Assembly: GCA_051362555.1 (NCBI GenBank)
Contig: CM120648.1
Location: 2,972,587-3,036,586, forward strand
Length of the DNA: 64,000 nt
Direction: 5' to 3'
Origin: Lingula anatina
Lineage: Eukaryota > Animalia > Brachiopoda
Part shown: piece after piece, positions 53,996 through 64,000 of the stretch
Numbering within the stretch: position 1 is the first letter of the stretch
Layout: the number at the start of each line of letters is the position of its first letter
Position numbers and translations under genes: made by a program
The notes under the pieces: generated by a model
Seen by the model: the letters and a program-made list of their open reading frames with translations, nothing else
What the model was told of the DNA's origin: nothing
The model's database searches: none

Positions 53996-55396
53996 CACTG
54001 TTGTGAAAAGGTAAGTATTGGCAAAACTATACGCTAGGCCACTTTTGAACACCAATATTCCTCTGTTCTTGTCTATAATAATGTCAATACATTGATATAC
54101 AAGTAAAAAAAAAGGTTAAAATGGAAAAAATACATTTTAAAAAATCCAGGTGACAAGCAACAGGGGTGACCTGAGGGTCAACAACATAGAAAATAGCATA
54201 CTTAATTGTTATCTCAAACTTCCAAATAAAGGTATACAGTATTATAACACATATGTTTAAAATGTATCAATTTCTTTTCAGCACGAGGTGCAGGCCTCCA
54301 TGCCAGGTTACACTGCGACTGCGCGACCGGAAACCGAGGGCCGAGTGCACCTCCGCCAGGAATCTAATTCCAGGAACTATTTTCCTATACATGTATATAG
54401 TGCTTTATGATGATGCGAAATGTGGAATCAAGAGAAGAAAAATTTGCCAACTTAGAAAAAACATTATTTCTATTACACATGTGATTATCTGCATGTTTTA
54501 TTTATTTTCATTTCCCTCATATTCACTATTCCATTATTTCTGTTCTAAAATGACACTTCTGATCAAAATGGAAAAAGTTTCAGTGACTTCGCCAGACAAA
54601 TTTAATGTAACTGAGACCTTTGTGTGGAATTATCTGTACGAGAGCCTGGCAGGAACAAGCTGTAGATGTCAACGCTTGTGTACATTTCATGTTTTCGCGC
54701 CATTGTGACTTGAATGATCTCCATGGAAACCACGCGCGGATCCTCTAGGTGGCGTTCTTCTTGTCTGTTGCCGTAGAAAAGACTTCGAATGCACTCTAGG
54801 ATAAATTCTGTTGCTGAAAAACAGAAACAAATAAAACTACATTTAATAAAGCTGGTGTGTTTCAGTAAATAATAAAAAAACGTGTAATATTATTTTTATT
54901 TAAAATATTTAAATGTAGAAAGGTTTGTAAAACGAATTGTTGGTGCCCAGAAATCCATGTGTCAGTACGCATTTCACAGTATCGTACCTCGGAACAAATT
55001 CTGAAATGAGATGCACTACTTTCCAACCCCGCTGAGAATCACTATCACATCGCGAACTAGGCGAGAGCGGTGTCGCGTCCGATACTTCGAAGCGGGTGCT
55101 GACGCACACCTTGAAAGCAGATAGTGTGGTCTGATACAGACCTACCGGTGAATTTATAATCATTCGGTGCCGAGTCTGGTAGTTGGGTAGGCCTGTCAAT
55201 ATCTGTTTATATTCGGGTCTATAGGTAAATGCGATAATTGTACGGTTCTATATAAATTGGTAAAATAAATCTACAGCAATGATCGTGATTTTCAGCTCGT
55301 TCTTCCATGTCCAAGAGAGTGGTTGTGTGCGTGTGTGTGTGTGCGTTTGTATTTATATATAATGATTTGAGTGTGAACATCTGCGTTTGTCTTTAA

Positions 55397-55611
55397 GGCT
55401 CTGTTCTCACAACTTTTAGATCGATCTATCACCGCGGGGAGTCTCACTAGATTACTGTCAGATAATCCCCCTTAAGTGTCCGTCCCCGCCTACTACAAGC
55501 TTTAAGGGGTAATTAACTTTCGTGTCCGCCCGGCTGACAGCTATTTAGCGTGAACCCCCAGGGAGTTAGGTCGATCCAATGTAGGTCGATCTAATCTATG
55601 AGAATGGGGTG
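55397..55611. mobile_element. MITE family 1, specific to the upstream region of tetraspan copy 3
   Basis: Interior matches 6136-6349; the empty site ctttatgattg is seen at ~60244 and in similar form at ~50968 and ~45186. Confidence 0.88.
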
Positions 55612-55628
55612 TATGATTGATATGTGTA

Positions 55629-55672
<44 letters not shown>

Positions 55673-56822
55673 ATTATCATTATATGTTAATATATAGTTC
55701 GCCAGTTGTTTTGCTGTCCCTTATTGTGATAATTTAGGTCTACGTGTGTTTTTAATCTTCCCTTATCAACAGTCAACAATACATTTGTACTTATCTATTG
55801 ACTGAATAATGGTACTCTCAGCTGAACGCAGATTCGTTTTGGCCTAAAAAAGCAAGTTACTTTGCGTCATGTCAGCGTGGATTTACTGGTATACGACAGC
55901 CCAATATTTTATACCGACTTAATCCCCTTTATATTGGTGTCTGTCGGACACTCTATCTGTTTAATTAAATGAAGTTGAATACCTGCACAAAGCGCGGAAT
56001 CATGTCTAATTCTTGCCACTTAACCCAACAAATGTCACCATACAGTTTCAAATAGCACAACTTAAATAAATACAAAATAATTTCATTTTACTTCACCCTC
56101 CAAAAATAATGTTTTGAATAATGTTTCAGCTTCTCGTGCAGCAGTAATGTGCCATGCGTATAAATTATCACGTCACTTGGCGGACTTTTACGAACTAGAG
56201 GGACAGAAAAGTAGGTCACTTTTTCAACCAAACATTTGAATAAAGTGCATTTAAAGCCTTTTTCGGCTGATCAAGTGTTTTATTTGGTTTATTAATTGGC
56301 ATGTGGTTTTTATTACGAATGTGCAAGAAACTGGCAGCACCAGTGATTTATATACGAGTAAGAAGATATTTTCCATCGCTTTGTACTGATGAGTATGCAT
56401 CTAAAAGTTATTTTTAAACGAGATAATGGAAAACTGCGCTAAAAACAATGCACGTCAGCTGATCAAGAGCCATTTCAGTCACCTGAATCATAACAGCACT
56501 TTCGTCATTTCAGGGCGGTGAATGTACTTCAGACCACAATTACTATTAAGTTACTACTAAGTTACTATTACAGGTAAGTATTGGTGGAACATTATGTATC
56601 TCAGTTAGACATGCCATTAATCTGCTGATAATCTGTATCGATGAAAACCGGAGCCTACGCCGTTCTGGTCACCTTGAAACTAACGCTTGGGCATTGGACA
56701 CCCAAAGGAATTTCTGCAATGACAAATGTGAAACAGAAGCTGACATAAACTAAATATTTCCGGCGAATAATCATGGTTTCTTTGTAGGTCTAGTCAGCCG
56801 TCAAAAAGGGACTCTTTAAATC

Positions 56823-59086
<2,264 letters not shown>

Positions 59087-59896
59087 TTCCAGGAACTATT
59101 TTCAAAAATATAGTGGAGCGAAATGTGGAATCAAAGGAAGAATTATTTTTCAGTTTCCTCATTATCACCATTTTATTATTTCTGTTATTTTGAAACGACA
59201 CTTCTAATCAAAATGGAAAATATGTCAGTGATTTCGCCGGACAACAAATTTAATTTAACATATATATTTTTGTAGTTAAATCTGAACGAGAGCCTGACAA
59301 GAGCATGCTCCAGATATCAACATTAGTTTAAATTTCATGTTTTCGCGCCATTGTGACTTGAATGATCTCCATGGACACCACGCGCTGACCCTCTAGGTGG
59401 AGTTCTCCTTGTCTGTTATAGAAACGACTTCGGATGAAGTCTGGGATAACTTCTGTTGCTGAACAAAAGAAACAAATGAAACTACATTTAATAAAGTCGA
59501 TGTGTTTCAGTAAATAAAAAACGTGTAATATTATTTAAATGTTTAAATGAAGAAATATGTTTTTACAACGAATTGTTGGTGGCCAGAAATTCATGCCATG
59601 GGACGAAATTCATATGTCAAAAATATATGCTCCTTATTCATTCATTTACATTATTTACATTTTGTTCATTCATAAGCTGTGTCAGTCACTCGTATCTGTT
59701 TTGGTACCCCAGTTCACTTTGTGGAGATAGCACCGGGTTATCAAGTGACAGTTGTTTCAACAGCCCTACCGTCTTCGAAGAAAAATAGAACATGGACAGC
59801 AATTTGTAACACATCACTTCTTTTATTGGTCCCAATCGAGCACTTCGCCATTTTTTTTTTTTTTATAGTGGGCAAGGGCTAAAGTTTCCATTTTTT

Positions 59897-59932
<36 letters not shown>

Positions 59933-60099
59933 GTAAGGATGATGCTGCTCTCTTTAACCCGCGTGGCAGACTGTTGACTTCGAGCAGACTCTTTCATGGT
60001 CACATCTTCCACCAAGGTATGTTAAATATTCATTTAATATCGGTTTATATTCGGGTCTATTAGTAAATGCGTTAATTGTACGGTTCTATATAAATTGGC

Positions 60100-60780
60100 A
60101 AAACAAATCTACAGATCTACTGGTCGTGATTTTGAGAGCGTTCTTCCATGTTCAGGAGTCCTTTTGCGTATGTGTGAGTGTGTGAGTGTGTGTGTGTGTT
60201 TGTATTTATATATAATGATTTATGTGTGAACATTTGGGTTTGACTTTATGATTGGTATGTGTAATTTTGTGTGTGTGATTATCATCATATGTTAATATAT
60301 AGTTGACCATTTGTTTTGCTATCCCTAGCTCTGATAATTGAGGTCGACACGCATTTGTAATCTTCCCTTATCAACAGTCATCAGCACATTCCTCCATATT
60401 TATTAACTCAATAATGATAATCTCGACTGAAAGCAGATACATTTTGGCCTAAAAAAGCAAGTTACTTTGCGATCCAAGCGCGTTCTTCTATGTTTAAGAG
60501 TGTGTGTGTATGTGTGTGTGTATTTATATATTATGAATTATGTGTGAACATTTGGGTTTGCTTTTATGATTGATATGTGTGATTTTGTGTGTGTGATTAT
60601 CATCACATGTTAATAGATAGCTTACCAGTTGTTTTGCTGTCCCTAGCTGTGATAATTGAGGTTGACGTGTATTTGTAATCTTCCCTTATCAACAGCACAT
60701 TCCTCCTAATTTATTAACTCAGTAATGGTACTCTCGGCTGAAAGCAGATACATTTTGGCCCAAAAAAGCAAGTTACTTTG
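60100..60780. repeat. Local ~330-bp tandem duplication upstream of tetraspan copy 4
   Basis: gcgttcttc.atgtt...aaaaaagcaagttactttgc occurs at ~60137-60470 and again at ~60479-60781. Confidence 0.8.
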
Positions 60781-61436
60781 CGTCCTGTCAGCGTGGACCT
60801 ACTGATACCCTGCACTGGGATAAGTACCATACGACAGCTTAATATCATACCGACTTAATTCTATATATTTTGGTGTCTGCCAGGCACTTCAACTGTTCAA
60901 TTCAATGAAGTTAAATACCTGCACAAAGCGAGGAGGCATGTCTAATTCTTGTCATTTAACCCAACGAATATAACCTCACAGTTTCAAAAAGCATAGCTTA
61001 AATAAATGCCACCGAATTCCATTTTATAACCCCCCCCCCCAAAAAAAAAAAAAATAAATAAATAAATATATAATATAATATCTCGCCAACACTCATTTGA
61101 ATAATTTTTCAGCTTCGGGTGCAGCAGTCATGCACCACTCGTGTAAATTATTACGTCACTTGGCTAACTTTTACGAATTGAAGGGACAGAATGTAGGTCA
61201 CTTTTACAACCAAACATTTAAAGAAAGTGCATTTAAATCCTTTTTTGGCTGATCGAGTGTTTAATTTGGTTTATTTATATGCATGTGGTCTTTATTTTGA
61301 ATGTGCAAGAAACTGGGTGCACCAGCGATTTATATACATGTAAGATTAACAAGGTATCTCCGATCGCTTTGTACTGATGAATTTGTATCATTAAGTTATT
61401 TTTAAACAAGATAATGGGGAACTGCACTAAAAGTAA

Positions 61437-61664
61437 GACTCGGTTCCCATGCTTAGAGCGATCCATCTGGATCGATCGATCTATCTGGGGAGTCTCACTA
61501 AATTACTGTCAACTGAATGTCTTCCACGCCTGCCGAATAAGCTAGGGGTAAAGATAATTACCGCCTAACAGCTTTACTAGACATTAAAGCCGGTCAAGTT
61601 GACAACAATTTAGTGCTACTCCCCAGGGAGATAGATCGATCCAAATATCTGTGGGAATGGTCCC
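61437..61664. mobile_element. Diverged family-1-related MITE, specific to the upstream region of tetraspan copy 4
   Basis: taa|gactcggttcccat...gtgggaatggtccc|tga; empty site ctaaaaacaatgcacgtcagctg at ~56439. Confidence 0.8.
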
Positions 61665-62057
61665 TGATACACGTCAGCTGATTAAGAGGACATTTGGAAT
61701 CTGAATTATAACAGCACTTTTGTCATTTTAGGGAGGTGAATGTACTTCAGGCCACAATTACTATTAAGTTACTACTAAGTTACTATTAAGTTACTATTAC
61801 CGGTAAGTATTTTTTGGGCACTTTGTTCATATATCTCAGTTTGACATGCAATCAATTTGCTGATAATATATATCGATGGAAACCGGAGCCTCCACCGTTC
61901 CGGTCCCTTTGAAACTAACGCTTGGACATTGGACACCCTTATAAAGGGATTTCTGAAATGACAAATGTGAAGCTGGGAAAAGCAGGATAATTCCGGTGAA
62001 TAATCATGGTTTCTTTGTAGGTCTAGTCAGCCGTCAAAAAAAGGGACTCCTTAAAAT

Positions 62058-62152
62058 ATGTCGAAGTTGCCAACAGAATTGAACCCGCTCTTGCCGCCGG
62101 CTTACTCCCAAGTTGATCCATACAGGTCTGTTACACCTGTAAAAATGGGAGG

Positions 62153-62195
<43 letters not shown>

Positions 62196-62910
62196 CTGTG
62201 TGTGTACGCGCGCGTGCGTGCTTAATCGCACGTTATTCCACTCAGATCTGCAGCACATGAATAATTGGTGCTTGCATGCTTGCGTGCATTTCAAGACTAA
62301 ATCTTCTTTTTTCTCATAGGGGCCTAGTTTGTGTGATATATGGACTAATGAGTGAAATATCATTTGGAATTTTGATATTATTTCTAGAACAGTCTTATAC
62401 ACCGGGGATATTAATAACATATTATATTGAATTCCATCCAACTAACTCCATATAATTATTTGAAATTTACATGTATGAGCCAAACGTGTTTTCCAACCAC
62501 TACTATTAATTACGTCTCTTGCTTCAGTTTCAGCGAGCACAGTCGCCAAAATCATTCCTATAAAGAAAAAACGCTGAGATGCATCGGCGTCCTGCATATA
62601 GTCGTGGGAATGTTTTGTTCTTTCCTAGGCGTCTGTTTTGCTTTTGATCTTCTGTCGTTCTTTAAAACCATCCATCACTCCTCCCCTTGGCCAGACGTAT
62701 TTGATCCGTACAGTAAGAACAATGCCAGTTCCTCGATGGGAGTGATTGCCGGATCTTTGGTAATACTGTATGACGGCTTTGGCTCTGTTGTCATTTTAAC
62801 AGTCTTTTGCATAGTTTTGATGACCTTCTTTTCTGTCTTTTTCTGTTTAATATTATGTCTTTTTGTCGTGTTCATACTTAACCACCTTTTTTAAGAATGT
62901 CAGAGGGAGA

Positions 62911-62986
<76 letters not shown>

Positions 62987-63562
62987 AGGGAGGAAAGGGT
63001 CTTTTAATTAGACATAAATTCATTAAAACAAATTCATTCAAATAGTTGTCTGTCATTGCAGTTCATCATTACCGGAATCTTTGGAGTTTTAGCCCGAAGA
63101 AGAAATACATGTTTGGTATGTGTCGATAAATTTTCTATAGGTTTCTTTTATCTTTAGAAGATAGCAAGACAGCTAGATATAAAACATTTATGAATGAAAT
63201 GACAGACTTTAAGCCTCAACGTAAACTTAATCCCTATTATGGGTATGGGAGACTCTCTATCTCGTTTCATGATTTTATTGATATTTTTAAATAACTATAT
63301 TATAATCAATATAAAATACAGATAAAGTTTTGTTTATATCGTAGAGGTTTTTTTTAACACACACACACACACACACACACACAACACTGACGTACTAGTA
63401 AACTCATAAGCTGCGGGTTTCAGATCAGTTTCTACATGACTGCATCAGTCGTTGCTGCCTTGGTCGCTTTTGGTCCATTATTGATCTTGTCGCTAAATGA
63501 CCTGAGGAATGTAGGTGGAGCCTTCAAAGATGATGCAGAATATAGCCGGGTATGTTATTTTG

Positions 63563-63627
<65 letters not shown>

Positions 63628-64000
63628 ACATTAACTCCTACACACACACATGCACGCATTTTAAAAATGCGGATTGGTTACGTTATTATTAGCTTAAAAT
63701 ATAGTTATCCATCCCCATTTACAACTTATGATAATCTCTATCTGAAAGATCATATGCTCTCCAACAGGAAGGATTGGGCACTAGCCTAAGAATGCGTAGA
63801 ATCTTATTTGAAAAAGAAACAAAAAAAGAGGAAGAATGACTTATAAAAACATCAACAGACAGGGATCTGTGCGATTGAAAAAAAGAAAATAAAAATAATT
63901 TTAATTTCAGGAGTGGACGGTGCTGATGTGTGAGTGTGGGATCATGGCTTCACTCGCCGTACTCGAAGGGTCGTTGTCACTGACATCCCTCATACTCTGT
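62058..64000 (+). CDS. MS4A/CD20-like copy 4, running off the window; exons 62058-62125, 62534-62759, 63062-63115, 63424-63549, 63911->64000
   Basis: Open spliced frame MSKLPTELNPLLPPAYSQVDPY... with exon sizes and phases matching copy 1. Confidence 0.85.

Overview
AT-rich, microsatellite-rich eukaryotic genomic DNA with spliceosomal GT-AG introns, most likely an invertebrate animal and possibly a mollusc/lophotrochozoan (inference from gene content only). I assembled exon chains by hand from splice sites and intron phases. In order: (1) the 3' end of a single-pass membrane protein gene; (2) a convergent DUF1647-like type II membrane protein gene; (3) a micro-exon gene for a 114-aa secreted Trp-rich/His-rich protein, of which the ORF track shows only the last exon; (4) two tandem CUB+LDLa+TM receptor genes with PPxY tails; (5) a secreted, probably GPI-anchored two-domain cyclase/KynB-family hydrolase whose first domain has lost its metal ligands; (6) a tandem array of at least four MS4A/CD20-like tetraspan genes with PPxY and PSAP motifs, variable first loops and one tail-less member. 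Many non-autonomous DNA transposons are present (Harbinger-like MITEs, hAT-like MITEs, HINE-like elements, a 2.7-kb Academ-like element), several with empty sites visible in paralogous copies. No prokaryotic features, CRISPR arrays, rRNA or tRNA genes were recognised. All gene models are predictions without transcript or database support.
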